A stretch of DNA of 61,426 nt, the filler included. It is 12 parts of 12 records of this genome, joined end to end, with 100 filler letters (N's around TTAATTAATTAA, not from the genome) between each part and the next. Parts side by side here need not be neighbours in the genome. Positions count along the whole stretch, not along the records: positions 20,291 to 24,695 come from SRR7504441_17520; positions 24,796 to 31,854 come from SRR7504441_17530; positions 31,955 to 35,805 come from SRR7504441_17571; 9 more parts are not named here. One strand, written 5' to 3'. A program made the position numbers and the translations under genes. A model generated the notes under the pieces. It did no database searches and had not been told where the DNA came from. It saw only the letters and a list, made by a program, of their open reading frames with translations. This document shows, piece after piece, positions 21,468 through 33,210 of the stretch (its first letter is position 1; the number at the start of each line of letters is the position of its first letter).

Positions 21468-22751
21468 TTAGTGGCTCGCTGCTCTCTCCTTGTGCCGTTG
21501 TTGCGCTCCATCTAGCTTCTCGAGCGTCCACTCCTCAGCCAGGGCCGCTCGCAGCGTGTCGGCCTGCGACTCGGGCGCCAGCCCATCCACCGGAGGGTCC
21601 GTGTCCAAGTTGGTAGGGAAAGAATAACCCTCAGCAGCTGCTGCAATCACGTTGCTCGTCATCTGTGCGGTCCAGCCCTCTCTCGCCTGGACCGCCCGCA
21701 GCGCAGGGTACACCACCCGGCACACGCGGGACCTGTCCACAGTCTCCATCGCCCGGCCGAACGCGGACGACACTTGAAGCAGGTTGGCCACCCTCCGTAT
21801 GTTTCGCGACGTGTTGGCTCCCGCCGCATGCAGCAGGGCTGGGTTAAAGAACAAGCCGTCACCCTTTTCGAGCGGCAGTTGCACCATCCGGTCGGCAAAA
21901 AGCTGCTGAAACTCCGGCCTCCTCCAGGCCAGGTACCCCGGTAGGTATTTCTGTGACCTAGGGAGCAGGCAGGTAGGCCCCGACTCAATTGGCATATCAG
22001 TGTGCGCCACAGCGCCTTGGAGCGTGAGCAGCGGACTGAGCGCGTGCACGTGCGCCGGGAATTGCTCGGCCAACGCGTCGGTGCAGAACCCTAGGTGGTA
22101 ATCCCGGTGAACTGCTTGCGCCTGGCCTCCCGGTAGCACAGCATTCAGCTGGGCTGTGACTTGGTAGTTCGGACCGAGCCAGCCGCGGGCGGCAGCCGCC
22201 AGGACTGGGTTGCTGTAGTACTCCACCCAGCTGGCCGGGTCCTCCACGGCGTGCTTCTCCAGAGCGTTCCATACCCGCTGATTGGTCCCAGGCGCCGCAA
22301 AGTGGTCGCCGGCCACCCTCTCGCCGGCCGCCTCGCGGGCAATCACCGCATCAAGCGCCGCGGATGCCCGATCCACTGTTGAATGGTCGAACGCGCCGCG
22401 GACCACTAGCACGCCTGGGCCGTCCAGTAGGGCCCGGGCCCACTCGGCGAGCAGCTCTTGACCGGTCAGGTTGAGCCGGGAGCGGTGGTAAACGAGCACC
22501 CCTTGCTCGACATCAGAGGCGAGTGGGTAGTCCGCCAGCCGAGTGGGCTGCTCTACCAGCCGGCTTAGCTCGGCGGCCTGGCACTGATCGGCGGAGAGGA
22601 ATCCGTCGAGTGGTCGCCTTGCCGGAATCGGGGTTGGGCTGGCCAGGAAGGAGCCGGCCGCCCGCTCGACGACGGGCGCAGGAGCCGGGCAGCCGGTGCG
22701 GGCGGCTGGTCTGGTCAGGGCGCACAGCGCTCGGCGGGCCGTCAGCCTCAT
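21468..22751 (-). CDS. Phytanoyl-CoA dioxygenase (PhyH)-family 2OG-Fe(II) oxygenase
   Basis: HRDYH (HxD), DMPIESGPT, FFNPALLHAAGAN; Arg-rich transit-peptide-like N-terminus; intronless. Confidence 0.88.
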   Translation of the reverse strand: MRLTARRALCALTRPAARTGCPAPAPVVERAAGSFLASPTPIPARRPLDGFLSADQCQAAELSRLVEQPTRLADYPLASDVEQGVLVYHRSRLNLTGQELLAEWARALLDGPGVLVVRGAFDHSTVDRASAALDAVIAREAAGERVAGDHFAAPGTNQRVWNALEKHAVEDPASWVEYYSNPVLAAAARGWLGPNYQVTAQLNAVLPGGQAQAVHRDYHLGFCTDALAEQFPAHVHALSPLLTLQGAVAHTDMPIESGPTCLLPRSQKYLPGYLAWRRPEFQQLFADRMVQLPLEKGDGLFFNPALLHAAGANTSRNIRRVANLLQVSSAFGRAMETVDRSRVCRVVYPALRAVQAREGWTAQMTSNVIAAAAEGYSFPTNLDTDPPVDGLAPESQADTLRAALAEEWTLEKLDGAQQRHKERAASH

Positions 22752-22951
22752 CACGGGCCACGCAATTTGCCGACGCAACGCGGAACGGTTCGACGCCTGA
22801 AGGGCTTTCACGCAACGGCAAAAGTTACAGGTACCCTCGTCTTAAGACGTCAACCTCCCTCCGACACTCGTCGGGCTTGCCTCCAACAGAGCAACCTGCC
22901 CGCAGCCCGGCCGAAGAAGAGTTCGGTCTCGGGGTACATCGCGATCCCAAT

Positions 22952-24593
22952 ATGTCTGTGGATATCGACCGGCTCGGCCGGGAGTCGACCGAGCCCGCGG
23001 AGCGCGGGCGCAAGTGGGGTGAGGACTTCGATCCGTCCTGCGTCCGGCGCAGCGGGTGCGTGGGCCAGCCCCAGCCGGAGCCGCTGCGCGAGCACCACTG
23101 GTGGCGGTTTATCGAGCACGGCGGTGGCACACGGGCCAGCTTCAACTGGACCTGCAGCTACTACTACAAGGCGCTTCACGGGCTGCTCGCCTGCCGGCAA
23201 GAGGACACCCAGTCCGGGCGCTGGAACGCCATGGCGCTAGGCGGGATGTGGGTAACTGCTGTAAGTCGCTCCTGGACTCACCTTGGCCGGCACAGGGCTA
23301 CCTTGTGACGGTGTTCACTGGGACATTCCATCGGGTCTATTCAAGGAACAGCCTCGTCTCGCCGATCATGTGCACGGTTGTGGCGCTGGCGGTTGGGATG
23401 AGTTGCGACCTTTGCCCAGGAGGCTGGACCTGGGCGCCTGAGAAGGTGACGCCGTTCCCGCAGCAGATCGCCGATAAAATGGACTCGCTCACGTGCCCTC
23501 AGCACCTTGTGTTTTACCAGCTGGCAGACAACTTCCAGACACTGACCAACTTCATATTGGGCCTCTACGTCACGCTGGTGCTAAGCAGGATCTACTATGC
23601 GCAGCGAATTATGCTGGGTACCTCGTTTGGAGGGATTCTGGGCTTCTGCATGCGGCTGCTCAGCTCATGCAAATCTCCCGATCAAAGCACCGACAGCGGG
23701 CAAGCGCCCGTGCTGCCGCCGAGAGTGAAGCAGGCGCAGCGTCGGATGATCAGGTGGGCGAACGCAATCTTCCGGCTTCTGTGGCTCGAATCGTGCGAAT
23801 ATGAGACACAAATCAACCGATCGATTCATGTCATGGAGGGCAATCTCGGGCCTCTGTTGACTAAAAAAGAATGGGCTCGCATCAAAAACGGTGCTTCTCT
23901 GTGCCAATTGAGGTCTGACCCCACGTGTCTGTTGCAGTGCCGAGCCGATGCACTCACATACTTTACTGGCTCAATCACTCTGTGGATGACTTGAAGCGAG
24001 CCGGCTATCTAGATAGCATGGCTGCTTCTGAGCTTGCAAATCAACTGAATGAAATCAGGAGCTCCAACAACTACGGCCTATCCTCACTCCCATATCCCTA
24101 TGTGTTCACAATAACCAGTATGACCAAACTAATGATGCTCTTCTTCACATTGGAAGCCTGCTTCCGGGTGAGCCTCGTCGCTAATGCGTCCAAGCATGCA
24201 GGAGACGAATGGAATCAGCCCCGCGTCTGGCTCGTGATCTGCTACATGCTTCAGCTAATGGTTGAAGTGTGGATGTATCAGGCTTTGCTCGACCTTTACA
24301 TTCTTCTCCGGAATCCCAACCAGGGCCGCCTTTGCGGGCACATGCCAACCCCCGACTTTCTGCAGTTCACTGAAGCAGTGACGTGTGAGATGATGATGCA
24401 GCAAGACACGGCGCCACGACCGCTTTTTGTGGATAGCGACGACGACACAGAGAACATCGAGAGCGCCGAGGAGAAAAATCCACTATCCCAATCCAAAGGT
24501 GAACCAGATACAGACCTACGAGTTTCTAGAGATACAGTCGCCGCAGATGATTGGGAGCCGCGGACCAGCTCGGCTCGCTGGCTCGCCATGTGA
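22952..24593 (+). CDS. Bestrophin-family channel, 2 introns
   Basis: NFILGLYVTLVLSR, LPYPYVFTI and LRNP align with bestrophin FVLGFYV/IPLVY/LINP blocks; two GT-AG introns near 23252 and 23891 join three ORFs. Confidence 0.75.
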
Positions 24594-25383
24594 TTGGCAT
24601 AGGTTTAACGCTCTCTCATCTATACTGTATGAATTGATTGTTCGTAGAGAGATCAATTCGTTTATTAGAGAAATCAATTCGTTTATTAGGTAAACNNNNN
24701 NNNNNNNNNNNNNNNNNNNNNNNNNNNNNNNNNNNNNNNTTAATTAATTAANNNNNNNNNNNNNNNNNNNNNNNNNNNNNNNNNNNNNNNNNNNNTGGGC
24801 AGACTGGGCTGAGCCCCAAGTACTGTAATCGGCCGCACCGAGACCAAGCGGGCGACTTGCTTGCGGACTTCTAGCGGAGTTTGATTTACTGTAGGCTATC
24901 CGTGCACTGTTGATCTCAGTGTTAACCGATACGTATGTACCCCCTACGTGTCGATGCGTCCGCGCATTGCATTTAAACTAATCTGAACGACAAACATTGT
25001 TATTAAATCAATGTCAGGTACTCGTCAGGTACTCATTCATTGTCTATCATCATCATCGATTATGATTGCATTAGTGTTATTCTCGCTCTTTTTGTAGACA
25101 CGTATACTAGTGAGTATACAATCATGCACCCTATTGTACGTACGCCGACGCTAGGATACTGCTCCCCAGGGCATGCCCAAGATACTGCTCCCCGAGGCAT
25201 GCGCATGCGGCGGCTTGTAGATCTATTAATTTTATCCAGACGCAAAATTATACTGAGCTGCCATAATTATAGCCATAGGCATTACTGCAACTACGGGGTT
25301 AATGAAGTTAACAAGTCATGTGAATCTGGTCTGAATCACAGGGGGCGACTTAGGTACGAGCACCTTACGAGCACCTAGAAACG

Positions 25384-26963
25384 TCATAGCTCCCTTTCTG
25401 AGTTGACCGCTTTAGCAAAAAAGTTGTTCATCTTTATCACAACGGCGAACACGATCCGCCATTGCTCCGGGTTTTCATCATCAGCCGTGGTGTATCCGGT
25501 ATAGTTGGCCGGGTACCCCAATTCATGCTCCCATGCGTCCTCGAACATGACCATGTCGCCCGCGCTGTACTGTCGGGTCTCAGTGCCCACTCTCAACCAC
25601 GAGCTATGAGGGCACTGCAATCCAAGCTGGAACACCATCTGGTTGGGTCGGCCTGCACCCACACTCCGCCCAGCCGAGCCCAGGCACGCACCCTCGTGCG
25701 GCACTAGCTGGGTCCCCGGCTTGACAAAGTACAGGATGGCGCTGCCAACCGGTTCCAGCCGATTCTCCTCAGCGTCAAGGGCTTGCTGCCACACTCGACA
25801 CGCCTCTGGCAGCAGATCGCAGTGCTCCTCTAGATACAGCAGCCGCCAGCCGGACTCGGGCCGGGCCAGCAGCCAGCCGTCCGGTCGCTCCCATGGCAGA
25901 TCCGGCTTTTTGAGCATTACAGCCAGCTCAGATTGCATGGCATCAAGCTGCGAGTACACAGTTCGTGCAAACCGGAACTGAGTTGGGTCCCACAAGCCTG
26001 ACAGCGGTGAGACGGCGCTGCCGGCACCGGCACCGCGGGTTATGCTGTGGTGCCGGATGGTCTGCAGGTGCAGTTTATTCTCGCTCTGCCAGTCTAGCGC
26101 CTGGAACAGCACTGATTTCTGCAGCTCTTTAAACTCGACAGCCGCCTCGCCTGCCAAACGGCTCGCCGACCCCAAACCCGCCCCACCCCGCGCCCCGGTG
26201 TGTTTAAGCATCTGTATCAGGCGCACGCCGCTCCAGAGCTGCCAGCCAGGGCTAAACCGAGCTAAAGCCGGCGGCTAGCACCAGAGTGGCGCAGTTGCGA
26301 GAGAGAAGGTTCCAGTACTGAATATCCTCGTCAGGCTTGGCCGCCTCCAGCTCAGCCAGGCACTCCGCCGGCGGGGCCACGCGCTCGAGCAGCCGCATCG
26401 ACCACTTGATATACGGCACCGTCTCTCGCTGGCCCCGGCTCCTCGCCCCGTGCGGCGGCAAGCGCGCACCATGCACTCGACCTCAGCGCAATGCATATAC
26501 TGCCAAGCCACCGGGAAGCGGGTGATGAACTCGGCCGGATCGACCCGCGCCCATCCGTCGGCCCAGGCGGACTCCCAGTCGGCCATCCAGTCGAGCACCA
26601 GCCGGAGCGCCTGCCATTGGGCCTCCCCCCACCCGAAGTCGTGTGTCTGATCCAACTGATCGCCCAGGTGCTGCACCGCCTTGGCCAGCTCCATCGTCAC
26701 ATCGTCCGCGTCCTCCGGCTCCAGCTCGCCCGGGTCGGCCCGCTTCACCATACGGAGGACGTACTCGAACACGCCTCGGGCCGAATCACTCAGCTCCTGA
26801 TGATAAATTCTCGCCCCCAGCCAGTCCTCGAGCTCGGTCTCGTGCCTGCCCCGACCGCTCAGCCGGCCGGCCGGGTGACGCACTGGTTGAACGGCGCGTG
26901 AAGCCCCGCCGCTGTCCCGCACAGGACGCCGAGCATCCCGAGCACCGCCGCCAGCCTCATCAT
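25384..26963 (-). CDS. Aspartyl/asparaginyl beta-hydroxylase-like protein with signal peptide, multi-exon
   Basis: PGTQLVPHE|GRPN, FQLGL, MFEDAWEHE, WRIVFAV; C-terminal EREL resembles an ER-retention signal. Confidence 0.8.
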
Positions 26964-27023
26964 GCCAGTGCCACAACCGCAGGTGTTGGTGCGGTGTGCC
27001 GTTATTCGGCGGGCTGGCGGGTC

Positions 27024-27583
27024 ATGAGTGGCCTGGACTCGTGGGAGGAGATCGACGAGGAGACAGACCTCGGGCTCCCACCAGCCGCCCCGCCAGCCCC
27101 AGCCGCCACCGAACCCTCAGTGGCGGTGGCGGCCCCAGCGGTGGCGGCGGCAGCGGCTGACGACCGACCCATGTATATCGTCGATCTTACACGCTGGTAG
27201 GCCTGCTGCAGGTGCGGCGAGTGCACACGCGGGGCAGGTCTGGCGGTGTGGTGCGCCGGCTGGCGGGTGACGGCAGCTGCAGCGACGACGACGCGCGCAG
27301 GCGGTGCGCGCGTGGTGGGGGTGCCGAGGGCAGCAGGCGGCCCAGGCTGATCAGGAGGCTCGAGGTGGACGAGGCCCAGTGGTACAGCAAGTGTCAGCAG
27401 CTGGTGCAGCAGTCGAGTGGACACCCGTGCAGCCAGGGTGTCTGGCGAGAGGTACTGGCTATCGGGAGAGCCACTGATTCCGGTGCTAGGCGCTGGCGGC
27501 TCTACGGGATGAGAGCCCAGGCCACTACTTTGCCCCAACATTTCCTCCGAAGGCAAAGGCTCACGAGCTATGATTTTAATTAA
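27024..27583 (+). CDS. Hypothetical protein, 1-2 introns
   Basis: MSGLDSWEEID start; a GT-AG intron near 27197 joins it to ORF 27212-27583. Confidence 0.55.
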
Positions 27584-27664
27584 ACCCCAATTAGTTGTCT
27601 AAGCTCGTGATCGTGTGTAAGCTTACAGCAAATGCCTATCCAGTGCCACAAGCACGTCGGCTCT

Positions 27665-29076
27665 TTAGACTACCGTACAACAATTCTCGTCAGTGCGCGT
27701 CGTTCTAGGCTCAGCATCCGGACTCATTTGCATCAGCACCTTGGCGACTGCCAGGTGCCAGGCGGCGCCCCTATCCGGGGTGAGCACAATCTTGAGTCGC
27801 TTCATGCTGCAGATCTTGTAAAAGTCCCAAGGAGTCTTGTCCCCCCGGGCAGGCCCGAAGATGAAGGCTCGCTTGTACACGGCGGTGTTGGAGAGCATGT
27901 AAGGGATCTTGACCAGGTCAAATCTATTCGCAATCTTCTGCAGCTGCACAAGAATACTCGCCTCCCTGCCAGGACATGTCACTCCCGGCCAACCCAGCCA
28001 GCCGCACCCGGCAGTGTCCTCGAACAGCTCGTCTGCAGCCGAGCAGATGGCCTGCACCAACGCGGCGTGGGTCGGTTTGAAGTCGTCTGGGCAGCTCCTA
28101 AGCTTTGCAGGGTCTGTCTCTACAGCCCAGACCGCCCGCGCAGCAGTGAGCGGCCCCTCAACCGCCGCCTTGTGCCGCAGCAGCGCCTGGAAGGCCTCCG
28201 AGTCGCGGGCGGCTGGGATGCCCGAGTAAAGCCCCTCGAGAAGTTGGATCACTTGGAATACTTTGGAGGCTCCGTAGTCTGTTAGCCCATAGTTGTCTGC
28301 CAAGTTGTCTTCGTGCCCAGCTTGTTTGGAACTGGCGTGGAAGGTGGAGGTCTCGACCACGAACAGCTTGGGGTCCTCCAGCAGCCCCCTCGCGCTGCAC
28401 TCTGAAAGGAACTCGTCGACCGTATCGTTGTTGGTCTTACATTGGCCATTGTCGCCCGTGTAGCCTAGCGTGTGAAAGATCACCGCATTGGTGTTTGGCC
28501 CTTTGAGGGCCATCAGCTTGTCCAGCGCCCCGGCCAGCGTGTTGCTGTGCGTATACCTATCGCCCAAGTCGCCGGGCGCAGCCTGAGGTTCGGTTCGCGA
28601 GTATGCTATAACTCTCAGCTCCTTCTGATCCACCAGCCGGTGGACGAGTTGATCCCCCACCCCACACAGCCCCTCGGTCAGCTTGCCGCCCACCACCAGC
28701 GCCACCGTCCCGGCCGGCAATTCGGTCTGGCCCGCCGCGCATTGCCCGGGCAGCTGTTCGTCCTCCATCCGCCATAGTATGCTGTTCCACAGGCAGTACA
28801 GCCGCTCCAGCGCAGCCAAGCCGTCCTCAACCTGCGTCTCCACCGCGCCGTTCAACTGCTCCACCGCCGCCGCCAGTTCCTTGGCGTCCGGCTCCTGCGT
28901 GGGCGACAGGAAAGCCTCCTGCGCCCGAGGGCTGGCACAGGCCTGGGGGGGGGCGGGGGCGCCTGGCAGATCTTCTGGCGCTGCTCCCGGGGAAAGCTGA
29001 GGTACTCGCTGAAGAAACTGTACTCCGACCGGAAGCGCATTGCCTCGGCAGGGGGGTCAGGACCGTCTGCCGCCAT
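27665..29076 (-). CDS. Atypical SDR/Rossmann-fold-like protein
   Basis: ALVVGG...GVG...VIAYSR and YGASK (YxxxK); first exon joined through a 44-nt GC-AG intron 28919-28962. Confidence 0.55.
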
Positions 29077-29135
29077 CACTGGCTGGTCCTCTCAGAGCGC
29101 AACGGCAACGAACTGAACTCGCTTGACCCTTGAAA

Positions 29136-29422
29136 ATGCTACGCATGCGGCGGACAGTAGCACTCTTAGCACTGCTTGTGGCGGGGCTCGCGCCGGTGCT
29201 GGCTTCGACGGCAGAGCGCCGAGCTGCTGCCGGGCCGCCGGTGCACCCCAAGCAGTTTGTCGCCGAGGGTGGCCCCGGCTCGCCGCGCTTGTGCGACGAC
29301 CCTCTGCTCTTCGAAGACTGTGTACATGTGGTACTTCTAAGAGTGCTAATCTAAATGAACTATTGGAGATCTCATATGGTCAGGAGTACGAACAAGTGAG
29401 CACCGGGCCATTGGACTCATAG
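29136..29422 (+). CDS. Small secreted hypothetical protein
   Basis: Signal peptide MLRMRRTVALLALLVAGLAPVLA; one probable GT-AG intron. Confidence 0.45.
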
Positions 29423-29563
29423 GCTTGGCGTAGCTTGGCGTGGCAGGCGTGCAGACGTGCCGAATAATCTTGGAAGGAAACGGCTTTTCAGCCGGGCTTC
29501 GCTATCAATCAGGAGGGTGAGAGCAGCCGGGCTAGCGCGCTGTGAGCCGGAGAGCGCTGCCCA

Positions 29564-30274
29564 ATGGGGGTGTGCGCATCGCAGCAGGAGAGCGGCCCGG
29601 AGTGGGCGCGGGAGGTGCTGGCCGGTGGGCCTCGCCTGAACGGCCGGCCAGGTGCCGATCAGTCAGCTGCTGGCCTGGGTCCAACGACCGGACCGGTCCA
29701 ACCTCGGGCGCTGGCTCGAGCATGCAGGCACCCGACTAGCGGAGCGGGTGACCTGCTGGCCCTACCCAGGCGATCGGGGAGGGACAGAACCCGGCGGACG
29801 GAGGCACGTTGCTGCACGCGGCGGTCTGCCGGGGGCGGCCGGGAGTCGCAAGCGACCTCGCCGAGGCTGGAGTGCCGCTGGAGGCCACCGACCGGGTGCG
29901 CCCGGCGGCAAGCGGATGAGGGGATTCAGGACGTAGGAGGGTTACACGGCGCTGCATCGGGCGGTGCAGTTAGACGCGCACACCGAGGACAATCCAGGTC
30001 TCGAGATCATCCGGCTGCTGATCAGTCTGGGCGCGGACATCAACTGCACCACTGGGGTGCGCCCCCGGGCCGGGCCGAGCAGGAGCCGGCGCAGGACTCG
30101 GATGCGGCCTGGTCGGCCCTTGACACGGCAGAGAGCGCCCGGGAGGAGTACGGGGGAGCGAATAGAGTGATCGAAGTTCTGCTCGAACATGGCGCCCAAA
30201 ACGCAAACTTCGCCCCGACGCCCAAAGGCGGCGAGACAGAGATTGAGCGGCCTGGGGCGGTCGACTTGGCATAG
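29564..30274 (+). CDS. Ankyrin-repeat protein with predicted N-terminal dual acylation, 4 introns
   Basis: MGVCAS start; spliced DGGTLLHAAV, EGYTALHRAV, LLISLGADIN, LLEHGA. Confidence 0.75.
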   Translation: MGVCASQQESGPEWAREVLAGGPRLNGRPGADQSAAGLGPTTGPVQPRALARACRHPTSGAGDLLALPRRSGRDRTRRTEARCCTRRSAGGGRESQATSPRLECRWRPPTGCARRQADEGIQDVGGLHGAASGGAVRRAHRGQSRSRDHPAADQSGRGHQLHHWGAPPGRAEQEPAQDSDAAWSALDTAESAREEYGGANRVIEVLLEHGAQNANFAPTPKGGETEIERPGAVDLA

Positions 30275-30611
30275 GTTTAGAGGCGGTTGTTCTGATTTGG
30301 TTCACAATTCGTTCGAGTTTGTTGATATTTATATAGATAGTGGTACGTTGAGATCTAGTGGCCTTGTGTCGAAGCTGTGGACTGTCTGACTGTACATGTC
30401 GAACAGCCGCACCGGTACACTAGTCCAGTACGAGTATTTACTACTCTCAATTCGTCAATTACAGTCAGTACACGTGTACGAATACGCAGTACTCGTCCCG
30501 AGTCTTGACATATACTAACCCGAGTCTTTACATTAAACCGCGTCATTTTAAAACGAATGGTGCGTGCACGCGAGCCGCGGTTGGAGCGGCCCAACGCTCT
30601 GGGTGTTCCTC

Positions 30612-30963
30612 CTACACCAACTGCAGCAGACCCCAGACCACCGCCCAGCCAGCATACCCCGCCACCAGCACCCCCGGCAACCCGGCCCGGTGCCTGCCCT
30701 CCATCCGCCGCCCCCGAGCCCGCAGCGCACCTCGCCGCCAGCCAGCCGGCCAGCGCGAACCCCAAAGTGGCTGCCACTCCCTTCACAACCTGGGCCATGA
30801 ACACGTCGAGTGCTCCCGCCCGACGGCTCCAGACCCAGATTGCCAGCGGCACCCCGGTGGGCAGAGTGGCTGCCACCGCCGCCAGCCCGGGGCTGCCTCG
30901 CTCGGCCGCCAGGCTCACCCCGAGCAGCACCGCCAGCGACACCCCGAGCTCTGCCCAGTACAT
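30612..30963 (-). CDS. Small four-TM membrane protein (DUF3147-like)
   Basis: MYWAELGVSLAVLLGVSLAAER..LAAVAATLPTGVPLAIW; one GT-AG intron restores a hydrophobic last helix ending LLQLV*. Confidence 0.6.
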
Positions 30964-31041
30964 GGTCCGTAGATTCCGCTGGGACTTTCTTTTGGGTTGG
31001 GCAAACGCTCGGCGGAGGTGTAACTCAAGTCCAAGAGCAGG

Positions 31042-31854
31042 ATGACCCACCAGAGCTCCGGACCCGTCCCGCCCGGGGTGCCGCCGGACGTGATCACGGC
31101 CTCGTTCCACTGGTCTAGCCCCGTCGGCAAGTGGCCCGGGCCCGGCCACAGCTGGCAACCGGCCAACCCTTCGCCGGTCGGCTTTGACAGGGCCATCGGC
31201 TCCGGCCGGCTCAACCCGCCGGACTTGCTAGAGACGGAGGACGACGAGTTCGCGGAGGACCTGAGCTTCTTCCTCGGTAGCGACCTGACCGACGACATGG
31301 ACATCGACGAGTTTGCGTCCTCCTTGGCAAACACTCCGCAGGGGTCCGCCGAGCGGGCGGCCGAGGCAGCCGAAGCGCGGAGGGCTGCGTCGCTGGGCGC
31401 ACCGGCCGCCGGTGCTTCGCTGGCCTCCGGAGGTCACGAACCGCTGGCGCCAACGAGCAGAGCGATGGTCGGGTTGCTCTTGATGGTGAACCTGCCCTTC
31501 CTGCTCTCCCTCTGGCGGCACCGGTCTCGATCCAGCCGACACATAATCGCCAGAGCCCGGCCCCAGGCCACACAAGCCACGGGACAGGACCCCAGCCTCT
31601 CCCTGGAAGGAGGGCCGGTGCTATGGCCGTGCAGCTGGGAAGCTGGCCCTGCCAACGGGCCGCCGCCATGCCGGCACAACGCCTCTACCGAGCTGCGCAC
31701 CGCCGCCGCCGAGAAGCTATGGCCGGCAAGCTCGCCTCTCCGTGTGAGCAGCACCCCGTTCGTCAGTCAGCAAACGCATGCCCCCCCCGCCAACTCCGCC
31801 GGCGCCGGCTCCAAACTTCTCATATGCCGCTGCCGCCAGGCGCCGAGCTTCGCA
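31042..31854 (+). CDS. Hypothetical single-TM protein, 3'-truncated
   Basis: Open frame to the contig end with an acidic patch and one hydrophobic segment. Confidence 0.5.
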
Positions 31855-31954
31855 NNNNNNNNNNNNNNNNNNNNNNNNNNNNNNNNNNNNNNNNNNNNTT
31901 AATTAATTAANNNNNNNNNNNNNNNNNNNNNNNNNNNNNNNNNNNNNNNNNNNN

Positions 31955-32887
31955 GCCGCCAGTGGATGCTCGGGGGGCGTCTATCCCGCGGTCGCTGTAG
32001 CTACCGGCTATCCGGCCCGTGACATTTTTGAGTACGTTGTCACCTTCATCGACGAGTGTGGCCAGAAGTCGTGGACCGGAGCCCTTTGGAACTACAATCA
32101 CTTCGCGAAGAAAGGCATCGATGCTTTCTGGCTGCAAGACTTCGCCGTCCACCAGCAAAGAATGACGAGGAAGACCCCGGCCGAGCTGTCCGGGAGCTTT
32201 GCCGTAGCGCTGACTAGACTGAGTGCAAGCCGCGGGCTGGAGGGCATGATCATCTCTGAGTGGGAATCGACTCGACAGATTGCAGAGGCCAACATCGCTA
32301 CCCATGCCATACCCGGACTGCTGGACCCGCCGTGGAGGCTTGGGCACAGGGTGGGAGGGGATCTGATGGTCGACGGAGGCTTGGGCGGGCTGGTGCAGCC
32401 CCGTGCGTTCGATGGCACCGTGCATTTAGCCATCCACCCCCAGTTATGGCGCGACTTCCCGGTCCACTGGTCGTGGCCATCTTGCGACAAGCGTTGGCTG
32501 GAATACTTGTACGAGCTTGGCCGTTCAGATTGCCATGCAAGGTTGCAGCTGTATGGCCCCCATGCAGACTTAGGCAAAGTGCTAGAACCTGAGCATCCCG
32601 ATTGCGAGATTCGGAGAACTTTTCCATCCTACTTGGGCGCAAGCATGGCTTGGCGCGTGTGGTTCAGTTTGAAGTTGCTGCCGCCGGGGTTAGTCTACAA
32701 CCCGGTCCAGATGGCTTGGCGTGTTGCTTTGCTCTTCGGTATCGTCCAGGTTGTATCGCGACGTTGGTGGGCGGCCTTGGTCAAGATGTGCCGGGTTACC
32801 ATAGGTGCTTGCTACTTGGCATGCCATTTGTGTCTCAAGACATGCCTTGATTGGCCACCGCTGCTCCGCCAACTCATCCGCGCCTGA
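31955..32887 (+). CDS. Patatin-like phospholipase, 5'-truncated
   Basis: Frame open from the contig start: GCSGG (GxSxG) and LMVDGGL (DGG). Confidence 0.85.
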   Translation, partial: AASGCSGGVYPAVAVATGYPARDIFEYVVTFIDECGQKSWTGALWNYNHFAKKGIDAFWLQDFAVHQQRMTRKTPAELSGSFAVALTRLSASRGLEGMIISEWESTRQIAEANIATHAIPGLLDPPWRLGHRVGGDLMVDGGLGGLVQPRAFDGTVHLAIHPQLWRDFPVHWSWPSCDKRWLEYLYELGRSDCHARLQLYGPHADLGKVLEPEHPDCEIRRTFPSYLGASMAWRVWFSLKLLPPGLVYNPVQMAWRVALLFGIVQVVSRRWWAALVKMCRVTIGACYLACHLCLKTCLDWPPLLRQLIRA

Positions 32888-33210
32888 GGTTTGAATTATC
32901 ATCGGCTCGACCGCACAGGACGGGCGTGCTCTTATGACTGCCAGCATGCCGTTTTGATTGTGTGTCAAATGCTACATATGATCGTGGAGAAGTATCGATT
33001 CAATGATTATCTACATGGTTCTATGGCATTATGATTATTCAATGAACATTAATTAATAATATTGATGATTGTGTGTATTGAAGACTTTCCACGTGAGCAT
33101 ACATGATTGTAAGTCAGAACTACGCAGTAAACTGTATGCCGCTACTATGCCGCGGCTCCGAGCTGCTTAGCCGATTCAAAGCGTATAATCAACGTGCTCG
33201 GAATTCCCAT

